Source: Bradymonadia bacterium | GTDB lineage: Bacteria; Myxococcota_A; Bradymonadia; UBA7976; UBA1532 | NCBI GenBank assembly: GCA_046290225.1 | Contig: JBKAGE010000075.1 | Span: forward strand, 192,001 to 256,000 | Length of the DNA: 64,000 nucleotides | Direction of reading: 5' to 3' | In this document: piece after piece, positions 37,876-46,168 of the stretch | How the letters are laid out: every line of letters begins with the position of its first letter | How positions within the stretch are numbered: the stretch's first letter is position 1 | Program-made: the position numbers and the translations under genes | The notes under the pieces: generated by a model | Told to the model about the DNA's origin: nothing | Seen by the model: the letters and a program-made list of their open reading frames with translations, nothing else | The model's database searches: none

Positions 37876-40800
37876 ATGGCGCCACCGAGACCCGAGCCGT
37901 TTGTCCCGGCAGGGGTGGTGGGCCCGGGTCCCGACGAGCAGGCGGTGGCGGCCTGGTTGAGGGCCCTCGCCCGTGAAGCCGCTCCAGAGGCCTGGGGGCC
38001 TCAGAGTACACCTGCACCGCCGACGGCCCTGGGGCCCGTCGAGCTGAGTCCGGAGGCCGAGGGGGCCGCGGGCACCCTCAACCCCTACGCTGAGGCGTTC
38101 TACCGCGACGCGATGGTGGCAGTGGCCAAGCCCACCGTGGGCATCGAGTCTCGCCACGCAGAGCTGTACGCCCTGCTCAGCAGAAACATCCAGCGCTACC
38201 TCACGTACTCGCGCATGCGCCTGAGCTACATCTACGAGGTGTTGCGCGGTCGGGATCGGGTCACCTTCTCGGTGATCCCGTTCTTGCTGCACGTGAACAT
38301 GCCGACCCTACCGGGGTACGTCACCGCCACCCGGGACGATCCTGCCCCCCATGGCATCAGCGGCTTCGATCTCAACGACACCATCCGACTCGCCGTGGGA
38401 GAGCTGTTCCCCGAGGTCTCCCGGCGCATGCCTGCTTTCTTGAAGCCGGTGATCAAGGCGCTGCTGGTCATGGGCAGCGTGGGCACCATCGGTCACACCG
38501 GCTCGAGCGACATCGACTACTGGGTGGTCATCGACGAGTCACAGCTCAAGCCCGGTGATCTCGAGCGCCTGCAGCAGAAGATCCGCGGCGTGGAGCAGTG
38601 GGCCAACCGCCGTGGTCTCGAGGTGCACTTCTTCATCGTCGACACCGAGCGGGCCCGGCGAAACGACTTCGGCCTCGCCGTGGACGACGCCGAGTCCTCG
38701 GGGAGCGCCCAAGGGCAGCTGCTCAAAGAAGAGTTCTATCGCACCGCCCTCTTCATCCAGGGGCAGCTGCCTTTCTGGTGGGTGGTGCCCATCGGGGTGG
38801 CGCAGAAAGAATATGACCGCCTCGAGAAACGCATCGCCGACAAGCCGCTGTCACCTGCGGTGGGTTTCGTCGATCTGGGCAACGTAGGGCAGCTCGATCG
38901 ACGTGAGTTCTTCGGCGCCGCGCTATGGCAGATCAACAAGGCCCTGAAGAGCCCCTTCAAGAGCCTGCTCAAGATGGCCTTGCTCGCCCGCTACATGGAG
39001 GACGATCACCCCGAGCTGCTGTGTGACACGCTCAAGCGTCGGGTCTTCGAGGGGGAGCGGTCACCACAGTACACCGATCCGTACGTGCTGCTCTTCGACG
39101 CCATCACCGAGCACTTCGCCCGACAGGGTGACTGGCGGGCGTTCTGTCTGGTGCAGACCTGCTTCTATCTCAAGGTGGGCCTCAAGCTCAGCCGCGAGGT
39201 CCCCGAGAAGAGCCGGTTCATCCAGCGGTTCAAGGTCATGCGGGCCTACGTGCTGCGGTGGGGGTGGGACAAGGCCTTGCTGAGCGATCTCGACGGCATC
39301 GACAAGTGGAGCGCCGAGCGGGTGGACCACCTCGGGCTGTCGATCCGGGCCTTCATGCTGGGCATCTATCGCGCCCTCATCGAGCGGATGGAGGCCGACG
39401 CCCACACGCCGGCCATCGAGCGGGAAGACGTCACCTTGCTCGGTCGACGCCTCTTCGCCTGTTTCGCCGACGAGTCGGGCAAGATTCATCACCTCTACAC
39501 CTACTTCCTCAAAGAGCTGGTGCCCGAGGAGCGGATCACCGTGCTCGAGGTGCCCGACAACACCCACATCTGCCGGTGGGAGGTACACCGCCGTCTCGAT
39601 CGGGACGGTCTCGTGGGCCGCGGTGAGCCAGTACGGGCCGGATCTGATCTGGCAGAGATCGCCGCCTGGCTGTGCTTCAACGGTCTCTTTGGCCGGGGAT
39701 CGACGGTGAGCCTGCTCACCCGCCACAGCCGCATCACCAACAACGACTTCCACACCATGCTCACCCGCTTCGAGGGTCACTTCGCGCGGCCTGATCCCTT
39801 CAGCCTGCCCACCCGGCAGCTGCTTGAGGGTCGCCGCGTGGTGGGGTCGATGCTGGTCATCAACTTCGACGAGCGATCTTTGAAGTGGGCCCAGGAAGAG
39901 CAGGGAGAGACGGTGTACATCCCTGCGAACTGGGATGTGCTCAACTACGGCCGCAAGCGAGAGAGTCTCGTGCGCCATGTGGCCCTCATCACCCTCAACA
40001 GCTGGGGGGAGATGTTCTGTGTGCGTCACGACGGCACCCACGCCCTCACCAATGCGCTGAGCGATCTCTTCGGCCGCATGTCCGATCTCCCGCGGGCCAC
40101 CCGCCCCGAGATTTTGGTGCCTCAAGGCCACAAAATGCAGGCGGTGAAGAGCCGCCTCGCGCGCTTGATGGGCACGATGGAGCAGATGTGGATCGACGAT
40201 GTCGAGGATCGTGTCGAGCGGGTCTTCGTCTACGAGTCCGCGGGCAAATTCCAGATCTTCAGGCGGCGCAGCCAGCAGGGCTGGGTGATCAACGCCGAGG
40301 ATCTCTCAGGTGTGGTGCGGCAGCTCGGGCGCTCGGGTCCGCAGAAGCTGGAGCCAGTGATCGATCACCTCTCGGTGCCCCTCGGCGATCTGCGTACGCT
40401 CGTAGAAAAGCGCAGCCGGGATCGTGAGAGCTTGATCTATCTGGCCTGGCGTCGCGGTGAGCGCGAGTCGGTGATCTACACCTACGACGAGCAGCACAAG
40501 TTCCACCTGACGCGTTGTAGCCACCGTGCCCTCGAAGACACCCTCGCCGATCTGGTGCGCAAGGCCACCTGGCACCTCAAGGGTCGAGTACAAGACGCCC
40601 GTGGCTTGTGGCGGGCGGTCCGCGTGTACGAGCTCAGAGATGGCAGGGTGCTCGATCAACCGACCACCTTGAGAGACGACACCGGCCGCGCCTTTCAGAG
40701 CATGGTGAAGAATCAGCCCCAGGGATCACAGCTGTGGCTCAAGGGTGATCTGCGTCAGGGCCGCATGGGCGTCAGCCTCAAATGGGGTCGGGATGTCTTC

Positions 40801-41031
40801 AGCCCCAGGCGGCTCGGCTCGGCCTTCGTCTACTCGGTGGTGCGTCACATCCTCAAAGATCACACCCTCTACGAGACGGCCCCCTTCCTTCTCAAGGGCT
40901 CCGACGTACGTATGCCCTGGGGTGAGGCGGGCCTGGTGCAGCATCTGAGGCTGATGGAGATCTACCAACGCCGAATCCACCGCGAACTGTCGGCCTACCA
41001 GGGCACCCGCGGCCCCCAGCGCAGGAGCTGA
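37876..41031 (+). CDS. cyaA: Class I adenylate cyclase (1051 aa)
   Basis: IPFLLHVN..LPGYV; MGSVGTIGHTGSSDIDYWV; LLKEEFYRT; DLG; FFGAALWQINKALKSPFKSLLKMALL; DPY; CFYLK. Confidence 0.9.
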   Translation: MAPPRPEPFVPAGVVGPGPDEQAVAAWLRALAREAAPEAWGPQSTPAPPTALGPVELSPEAEGAAGTLNPYAEAFYRDAMVAVAKPTVGIESRHAELYALLSRNIQRYLTYSRMRLSYIYEVLRGRDRVTFSVIPFLLHVNMPTLPGYVTATRDDPAPHGISGFDLNDTIRLAVGELFPEVSRRMPAFLKPVIKALLVMGSVGTIGHTGSSDIDYWVVIDESQLKPGDLERLQQKIRGVEQWANRRGLEVHFFIVDTERARRNDFGLAVDDAESSGSAQGQLLKEEFYRTALFIQGQLPFWWVVPIGVAQKEYDRLEKRIADKPLSPAVGFVDLGNVGQLDRREFFGAALWQINKALKSPFKSLLKMALLARYMEDDHPELLCDTLKRRVFEGERSPQYTDPYVLLFDAITEHFARQGDWRAFCLVQTCFYLKVGLKLSREVPEKSRFIQRFKVMRAYVLRWGWDKALLSDLDGIDKWSAERVDHLGLSIRAFMLGIYRALIERMEADAHTPAIEREDVTLLGRRLFACFADESGKIHHLYTYFLKELVPEERITVLEVPDNTHICRWEVHRRLDRDGLVGRGEPVRAGSDLAEIAAWLCFNGLFGRGSTVSLLTRHSRITNNDFHTMLTRFEGHFARPDPFSLPTRQLLEGRRVVGSMLVINFDERSLKWAQEEQGETVYIPANWDVLNYGRKRESLVRHVALITLNSWGEMFCVRHDGTHALTNALSDLFGRMSDLPRATRPEILVPQGHKMQAVKSRLARLMGTMEQMWIDDVEDRVERVFVYESAGKFQIFRRRSQQGWVINAEDLSGVVRQLGRSGPQKLEPVIDHLSVPLGDLRTLVEKRSRDRESLIYLAWRRGERESVIYTYDEQHKFHLTRCSHRALEDTLADLVRKATWHLKGRVQDARGLWRAVRVYELRDGRVLDQPTTLRDDTGRAFQSMVKNQPQGSQLWLKGDLRQGRMGVSLKWGRDVFSPRRLGSAFVYSVVRHILKDHTLYETAPFLLKGSDVRMPWGEAGLVQHLRLMEIYQRRIHRELSAYQGTRGPQRRS

Positions 41032-41033
41032 GT

Positions 41034-41786
41034 ATGTGGAGCATACTGTTGATGGTGGTCTCACTGGCGAGTCCGCCCGCAGCGTCGAAGGCCGCGCCGA
41101 GCAGCCAGCCAGTGGAGAAGGCAGAAAAGAAGGGGCCACCTGCATCCCAGCCTGCAGAGACTCCACAGCCTTCATCTCAGCCCTCCTCAGCCCAGAGCGT
41201 AGAGTCGGAGCCAGAGGATATGGCCGACGAAGACACGCCTCCGATGACGTCGACGGTCCGGAAGCGCAGCAGAGTCGGCAGGATGCCTCGACCGAGCGAG
41301 ATGCCACTCAAGATTCTTGGGGTTGGCCGTGCCGTCGACCTTGGCGATCGCACCATCAAGACCCCACCGGAGCTCTACCTCGGCCCAACGAAGTATGCCG
41401 AAGGCACCGAGGACTTCATCCAGAGCATCGAGCTCGGCAGCCGGCTGATCGTGTATCGAAGGGAAGGCATCCCACCCTTCGGGAACACGCCGGACAAGAA
41501 GTCGGGGATGGAGCACATGTTGGTGAAGGTTGGTGAGGCAGAGGTGATGGAGATACGCCGGGTGGTGATCGTGGCCCGCCTGGTGGAGACCACTGATGAT
41601 CCGGCCCTCACCATCCCCAGCGCCCTCGTGAACGACTTCGCGCAAGTGAAGCGCCGGCCGGCGCCACCTCCGCCGCCACCCAAGCGCATGGTCAAGCGGC
41701 CAAAACGCAAGAAGATGAAGTCGAAGCCCGAGCCTGCAGCCCCAGCACCGAAGTACACCCGGCCCAACCCGAGGTACACGCTGTGA
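41034..41786 (+). CDS. Exported hypothetical protein, possible FlgT C-terminal-like domain
   Basis: Signal peptide, Pro/Ser linker, GSRLIVYR...VKVGEAEVMEI beta domain, basic Pro tail. Confidence 0.55.
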   Translation: MWSILLMVVSLASPPAASKAAPSSQPVEKAEKKGPPASQPAETPQPSSQPSSAQSVESEPEDMADEDTPPMTSTVRKRSRVGRMPRPSEMPLKILGVGRAVDLGDRTIKTPPELYLGPTKYAEGTEDFIQSIELGSRLIVYRREGIPPFGNTPDKKSGMEHMLVKVGEAEVMEIRRVVIVARLVETTDDPALTIPSALVNDFAQVKRRPAPPPPPPKRMVKRPKRKKMKSKPEPAAPAPKYTRPNPRYTL

Positions 41787-41871
41787 GCAAAGGCTGGGGC
41801 CAGAAAGAAGGCTGTGTGTCTGTCTTCAAGACGGCGAGCCGAAAAAAAACGAGGTCGACGAAATTTTCTGT

Positions 41872-41898
41872 TCAAGAAAGCCCCGACCACGACGATGT
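41872..41898 (+). promoter_or_regulatory. Sigma28-like promoter of fliS-fliT
   Basis: TCAAG-N14-GACGATGT, same boxes as the flgM promoter. Confidence 0.7.
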
Positions 41899-41957
41899 GC
41901 CTTGTGTAAGGCGATGATTTCACCACCGACTGCTGATCGCTGATTTCGAGGAGCCAA

Positions 41958-42461
41958 ATGTACGCCAAAAGCGGATATGGACAGAGCACCCACCAGCGAT
42001 ATCGGGCCGTCAAGGTGCAGACTGCGTCACCGGCGCAGGTCATGCTCATGCTGTTCGATGGCGCCATTCGTTTTGCACGCACTGCCCGGCAGAAGATCGA
42101 AGAAAAGGATCTCGCGGGGAAGGGCACCTACATCGGGAAGGTGCAGGCCATCGTCACCGAGCTGATGAGCAGCCTCGACTTCACCTTGAATCCCGAGCTG
42201 TGCTCTCAGCTTCAGCAGCTCTACGTCTACATGATCGAGCGCCTCACCGCGGCGAACATCAAGGTGGACGTCGTGCCCCTCGACGAGGTCATCAGTCTGC
42301 TCACCGATCTCCGGGACACGAACAAGAAAGCTCTGGAGAGCCTGCCTCAAGATCCCACCCTCAAGGCCCGGGACAAGGCGCCGGCGGCTGCACGCCCCGT
42401 GAACCCTGTGCGTCCGGTGCCCACGGGCGGCCCACGCTTCGGCGGTGGCCCCAAGGCATGA
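41958..42461 (+). CDS. fliS: Flagellin chaperone FliS
   Basis: VQTASPAQVMLMLFDGAIRF; IVTELMSSLD; LYVYM..LTAAN. Confidence 0.93.
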   Translation: MYAKSGYGQSTHQRYRAVKVQTASPAQVMLMLFDGAIRFARTARQKIEEKDLAGKGTYIGKVQAIVTELMSSLDFTLNPELCSQLQQLYVYMIERLTAANIKVDVVPLDEVISLLTDLRDTNKKALESLPQDPTLKARDKAPAAARPVNPVRPVPTGGPRFGGGPKA

Positions 42462-42838
42462 GCGCACCACACACCATCACTGATCACATCGAGGTCCTCG
42501 ACGGCCTGATCCGGCTGTATGAGGTGCACCTGGGTCAGTTTCATCGCGATCCCAAGCTCGACTGGTCAGCCTTTGGCGAGGCACGCCAGACCATCATCGA
42601 CGCCTGGCGTCTGATGACCCCTCTCACCGAGTTACTGCCCGACGAGGCTCAGCAGGCCCGGATCAGAGAGCGCATGGAGCGTCTCGAGGCGTTGAACGTG
42701 TCTGTGGTGGAGGCTGCCGAGAGCAGCCGCGCGGATTTAAATCGCCGTTTGGGCGCTTTGCGGACGGGCCGGAAGGGGCTCAAGGGCTACCAACGCCACT
42801 TGGGTCCGGCGCGGCGATCACAGCTCGGCCGGGGCTGA
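42458..42838 (+). CDS. FliT-like chaperone
   Basis: ATGA overlap with fliS; helical 126 aa ending ...RKGLKGY. Confidence 0.55.
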   Translation: MSAPHTITDHIEVLDGLIRLYEVHLGQFHRDPKLDWSAFGEARQTIIDAWRLMTPLTELLPDEAQQARIRERMERLEALNVSVVEAAESSRADLNRRLGALRTGRKGLKGYQRHLGPARRSQLGRG

Positions 42839-42851
42839 GCGGCTGGCGGCT

Positions 42852-43262
42852 TGAGCGGACGGCCGTGCCTTTGGCACCGCCTGTAGCGGACGGTCATCGC
42901 CTGGCGGCGACAGCCTGTAGCGGACGCCTCGCCTTCGGCGAGAGCTGTAGCGGACGCTCATTTGCCTACGGCAAATTCCCTGTAGCTTTTTTGAAGATCA
43001 GTTGAGGGGGGCGTGTGTAGATTCATCCTCCGCAGACGCTGTTGGCCCCTGACGCACCAGTTCCGGCGTAAGCCCCTACCTGGGTTGAGAAACCCACCAG
43101 CAACACCATAACTCTCTGAAAAAGCTACAGCTCAGCCTGCCGAAGGCAGACTCGGCGTCCGCTACAGCTCTGTAAGGCGAAGCCGCAGCAGGCGTCCGCT
43201 ACAGGCGGCCCGAAGGGCGGCCGTCCGCTACAGATCGCGCCGCAGGCGGGATCGTCCGCTCA
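42852..43262. repeat. Mirror-symmetric composite palindromic element (5 left and 5 inverted right repeat units, each followed by a mini-hairpin, around a unique core)
   Basis: CTGTAGCGGACG at 42881, 42915, 42945; CGTCCGCTACAG at 43156, 43193, 43222; outer TGAGCGGACG/CGTCCGCTCA; inner CTGTAGCTTTTT/AAAAAGCTACAG. Confidence 0.9.
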
Positions 43263-45494
43263 TCAGCCGCCACCGGAGAGCGACGACAGCGCCGAGAGCT
43301 GCTGACTCACGTAATCCCCGAGGGCCTGCAACTCCGCGAGCTGCACCTCGAGCCCCACGAATTGTCGGCGTAGTCGCTCTTCCACACGGGAGACACGCTC
43401 GTTCTGCACGTCGATCTGCTCTTCGAGGCGGGTCACCTGAGAGCGGATGCCGTCAGTGCGAGAGCCGATCACGTCATCGGTGAGGCTGTCGATGAGGTCT
43501 GGCAGCGTCTCGCCGAGGCCGTCGGACACGCGCACCCTGCCGAGGATGCCGGTTTGAGAGTCATCAGGGATCTCGATGAGCATGCCTTCGGAGCCGAAGC
43601 CTCGAGCGCCACGGAACACATTGCCGTCGATGACCTCTGCCTGGATCCCGCCGATGCGGCCCGAGAGATCAGTCCCTGTGGCTTCGCTCTCGACGTTGCC
43701 GATGCCCGAGTTCGCGCCAGCGGCTTGATCGGAGATCACCGTGAAGGTCTGCTCCGAGCCGTACAATGTGGTGCGGATGTTGATTCGACCATCTGATACG
43801 AAGGCCGCCATGCCCACATTGTTGTCGGAGAAGGCCTGGTTGAGCCGACCAACCTGAGTGTCCACATCGTCACCGGCGAGCAAGTTCACGTCGAAGGTGC
43901 GGATGCCATCTTGGAAGTTGAAGCTCAAGGTCTCGTCAGCGCCGATGACCTGGGCGTCCGCGCCGGCGGTGAACGACGCTCGGGTACGAGCAGTCTCCAC
44001 TTCGACGGTGTATTCCCCCGGCTGAGTCCTTGAGTTCCGTGAGCGGAAGGTGAAGTCGCCGGTGATCACCTCACCGACGCCGGTGAGCAGTCGTTCCACG
44101 GCTTTCGAGTCGGAGTTGAGGGCTGAGCTGAGGGTGCCGCTGTTGAGCGACAACAGACCGGTCTCGCTGTTGGACTCGATGCCGAGCTCCGAGAGGGCGG
44201 AGATGGTGGACCCGTTGAGCCCGGGCACCCGGCCGAGGGTGAGGGCCTTCAAACGTCTCTGCACATTGCGCACGGCGGAGTCGCCGTTGAGCGCCGGGGC
44301 CGCGAGGCCGCTCGCCGGATCGTAGTCGAACTGGCCGTTGATGAAGCCCACGACGGAGTTGTAGGCCCCGATGAAGCTCGTGAGCGAGCCCTCTACATCG
44401 CCGATTTGATCATCGATGCTCAGGGTCACTGTCTTGCTCGGATCCACGTCGGCGATGGAGAAGGTCATGCCTTCGAAGACGTCGGTGAAGCTATTGCTGC
44501 CGTTGGTGATCGTGATGCCGTTGATCTCCACCATGGCGTCTTTCGCCTCTTGCAACACGGGATCGACTGCGTCGATGCGGAAGGTGTCGCCGGTGGTGAG
44601 GCTGCCGTTGTCGGTGAAGTTGATCTCCACGCCGTCGGCGAGGGCGATGGGGCCACCGCTGGTGACTTCGAAGCCCGAGCCACCGTTGTCGTCGAAGGTG
44701 AGCCCTCCATCTGTGGAGAACCGATAGCGGGCGGCGCCGGCGCCGCCTGCTGCGGTGCCGTCTTGGATGATCTCCACCACGAAGTTGGCGTTCCCTGTGC
44801 CCGTGTACGTGCCAGAAGCAGTGGCTGCGCCGAGGTAGGCGGCGTTGTTGGTGGTGTCGGCCGTCGCTGCCTCGATTTGCTTGTTGGCGAAGTCGAGGGT
44901 GGTGTCGTTCTGCACCACCTTCACCTCGTTATCGGTGCCGCCCTTCACCCCCGACAAGATCAGTCGAAAGGGGTTGGTGGCGGTGCCGTCGTTCACGATC
45001 TCTGCCCGCACATCGCTCGAGGCGTCGTTGATGGCGTCAGCGAGCTGACTCAGAGTCGTCGATTCGTTGACGTCGATCTCGATCTCGGAGCCGTCGCCGA
45101 TCTGGAAGCTGAAGGTGCCCGCAGCGGCGGCCACCGCCGTGGCGTTGTCGTCGACGAAGCCCTGGGCGCCGAGGCGATTGGTGGTGGCTTTCTGCAGCGC
45201 TTTCACCGTGTAGGTGCCGTTGCTCGCCTTGTCGGTGGCGTTCACCGTCACCAGGCTGCTGTCGGAGCTCGTCGCCGTCTTGCTGCCGAAGAGGCTGGAG
45301 GAGTTCAGGTCCCGGGCGGCGGAGCGCAAGCTGCCCAGCCGTCCGCTGAGATCGCTGTACGAGGCGTTTCTCTGCTCAGCGTCGACGATCTTTTGCTGCA
45401 AGCTGGTGATCGGCGCCCGCTCGAGGGTGAGCAACTGGTTGATGATGCCGTCTACGTCCAGGCCACTGGCCAGGCCGCTGATGCTGATGGACAT
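43263..45494 (-). CDS. fliD: Flagellar filament cap protein
   Basis: MSISISGLASGLDVDGIINQLL; AKDAMVEINGITI..SN; LSELGI; RLRRQFVGLE; start after AGGAGG. Confidence 0.93.
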   Translation of the reverse strand: MSISISGLASGLDVDGIINQLLTLERAPITSLQQKIVDAEQRNASYSDLSGRLGSLRSAARDLNSSSLFGSKTATSSDSSLVTVNATDKASNGTYTVKALQKATTNRLGAQGFVDDNATAVAAAAGTFSFQIGDGSEIEIDVNESTTLSQLADAINDASSDVRAEIVNDGTATNPFRLILSGVKGGTDNEVKVVQNDTTLDFANKQIEAATADTTNNAAYLGAATASGTYTGTGNANFVVEIIQDGTAAGGAGAARYRFSTDGGLTFDDNGGSGFEVTSGGPIALADGVEINFTDNGSLTTGDTFRIDAVDPVLQEAKDAMVEINGITITNGSNSFTDVFEGMTFSIADVDPSKTVTLSIDDQIGDVEGSLTSFIGAYNSVVGFINGQFDYDPASGLAAPALNGDSAVRNVQRRLKALTLGRVPGLNGSTISALSELGIESNSETGLLSLNSGTLSSALNSDSKAVERLLTGVGEVITGDFTFRSRNSRTQPGEYTVEVETARTRASFTAGADAQVIGADETLSFNFQDGIRTFDVNLLAGDDVDTQVGRLNQAFSDNNVGMAAFVSDGRINIRTTLYGSEQTFTVISDQAAGANSGIGNVESEATGTDLSGRIGGIQAEVIDGNVFRGARGFGSEGMLIEIPDDSQTGILGRVRVSDGLGETLPDLIDSLTDDVIGSRTDGIRSQVTRLEEQIDVQNERVSRVEERLRRQFVGLEVQLAELQALGDYVSQQLSALSSLSGGG

Positions 45495-45686
45495 GATCCC
45501 CTCCTGGGTGGATGAGGGTGGCGTTCGAATGCTCGAGCGGTCAGTCCGTGGACACACCGTTCGAAATTGCGAAACGCCCCTTTGGCCGAAGCGGTGTGCA
45601 CAGGGGTCGCACCGCCCGTTTGCACGGAGGTGTATGCACACTGCAGGCCAAAGAGGCGCCGTCTCGCGTTCAGAGCGTGAAGTCGA

Positions 45687-46136
45687 TCAGGCGCTCACGT
45701 TCACCAGGGCCGGGGCGCGCTTGGCGTCGCGCTCCCCGCGGGCCTCTTTCAGACGCTCCAGCATCTTCAAGAATGCCTCTGGCGGCAGTTGACGGACTGT
45801 CTCCTCTCCGCTCTCCTTCTCCTTGATGGTCATCACCAGCCGACCGCTGGCCTCGTCCCGTGAGAAGCGCACCGAGCGCTCGCTCTGGTCATAGGCGACC
45901 TCGGCGAGGCTGTTGGCCTCCTCGACTGCCTTGGTGAGGCTGACCTCGTTCTTCGGCAGTATCCCTTCGGCGGGGGTCCCCAGGGGCCCCGCGCCCTGAC
46001 GGGCGGGATCGGACAGATCGGTGGCGGTGCTGGGCGCTGCGGCATTTCGAGGGTTGCTTCGAGCTGCAGCGCTCTCCGCAGTCGGCGGCCGGGTGGCCTG
46101 GCCGCCGCCCAGTCTGTTCAGGACGTCTATGGCCAT
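45687..46136 (-). CDS. flaG: FlaG protein
   Basis: VRFSRDEASGRLVMTIKEKESGEETVRQLPPEAFL; lies between fliC and fliD. Confidence 0.85.
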   Translation of the reverse strand: MAIDVLNRLGGGQATRPPTAESAAARSNPRNAAAPSTATDLSDPARQGAGPLGTPAEGILPKNEVSLTKAVEEANSLAEVAYDQSERSVRFSRDEASGRLVMTIKEKESGEETVRQLPPEAFLKMLERLKEARGERDAKRAPALVNVSA

Positions 46137-46168
46137 GATTTACCTCCTCGATGTGTCCTCAGCGTCCA

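Noticed and set aside
42992..43118. Hammerhead ribozyme or c-di-GMP riboswitch in the core
   Set aside because: CUGACGC is not the CUGANGA core, and I could not place GEMM motifs by eye.
42852..43262. CRISPR array
   Set aside because: Repeats are only 12 bp, spacers are ~17-25 bp and self-complementary, orientation flips mid-array, and there are no cas genes in the window.
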